From: Candidatus Limnocylindrales bacterium
Lineage (GTDB): Bacteria > Vulcanimicrobiota > Vulcanimicrobiia > Vulcanimicrobiales > Vulcanimicrobiaceae
DNA length: 48,202 bases
Assembly (NCBI GenBank): GCA_035488115.1
Contig: DATHLN010000136.1
Location: 1-48,202, forward strand
Reading direction: 5' to 3'
Position numbers and translations under genes: made by a program. Positions within the stretch are counted from its first letter, which is position 1. Each line of letters starts with the position of its first letter. The notes beneath the pieces were generated by a model. It did no database searches and was not told the origin of the DNA. It worked only from the letters and a program-made list of their open reading frames with translations. Shown in pieces: positions 48,151-48,202 of the stretch.

Positions 48151-48202
48151 ATGTCCCGACTGCGTTCGACCGCTCTCGCGCTGAGCGCGAGCATCTTCGT
48201 CG
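48151..48202 (+). CDS. Start of an exported protein (cut by window edge; possibly the efflux outer-membrane component)
   Basis: ATG 8 nt after the hlyD stop; MSRLRSTALALSASIFV is signal-like. Identity is guessed from context only. Confidence 0.45.
   Translation, partial: MSRLRSTALALSASIFV

Overview
High-GC (~70%) bacterial chromosomal window; the gene style suggests Eremiobacterota/Vulcanimicrobiota, which is inference only. Most of it is housekeeping: peptidoglycan recycling (anmK, BadF-type kinase, murQ), propionyl-CoA/methylmalonyl-CoA metabolism (epimerase, mutase, acyl-CoA carboxylase alpha/beta/epsilon), fabI, msrB, clpC, two Liv-type ABC cassettes and a TetR/HlyD efflux operon. Unusual items: (1) the apparently empty 1.3 kb gap at 38.5-39.8 kb holds three tandem, diverged copies of a ~180-215 nt structured ncRNA candidate. 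Each copy has its own sigma70-type promoter and terminal hairpin, and the array converges on a WYL regulator operon. (2) A dispersed hairpin element occurs twice (743-886 and 39000-39146) with a conserved core but unrelated 26-27 bp arms. (3) A BlaI + M56 protease module carries a CxxC-pentapeptide-repeat sensor and is followed by two secreted CxxC-pentapeptide proteins; a shared candidate operator precedes blaI and the first of them. (4) A class 3 (Ala1, WCT) LAGLIDADG intein sits in a SWIM-SNF2 helicase. (5) A REP-like repeat family is present, with one copy translated in frame. (6) A PD-(D/E)XK + PIN gene pair is inserted into the mutase-epimerase operon. All alignments were done by eye and no database searches were run.
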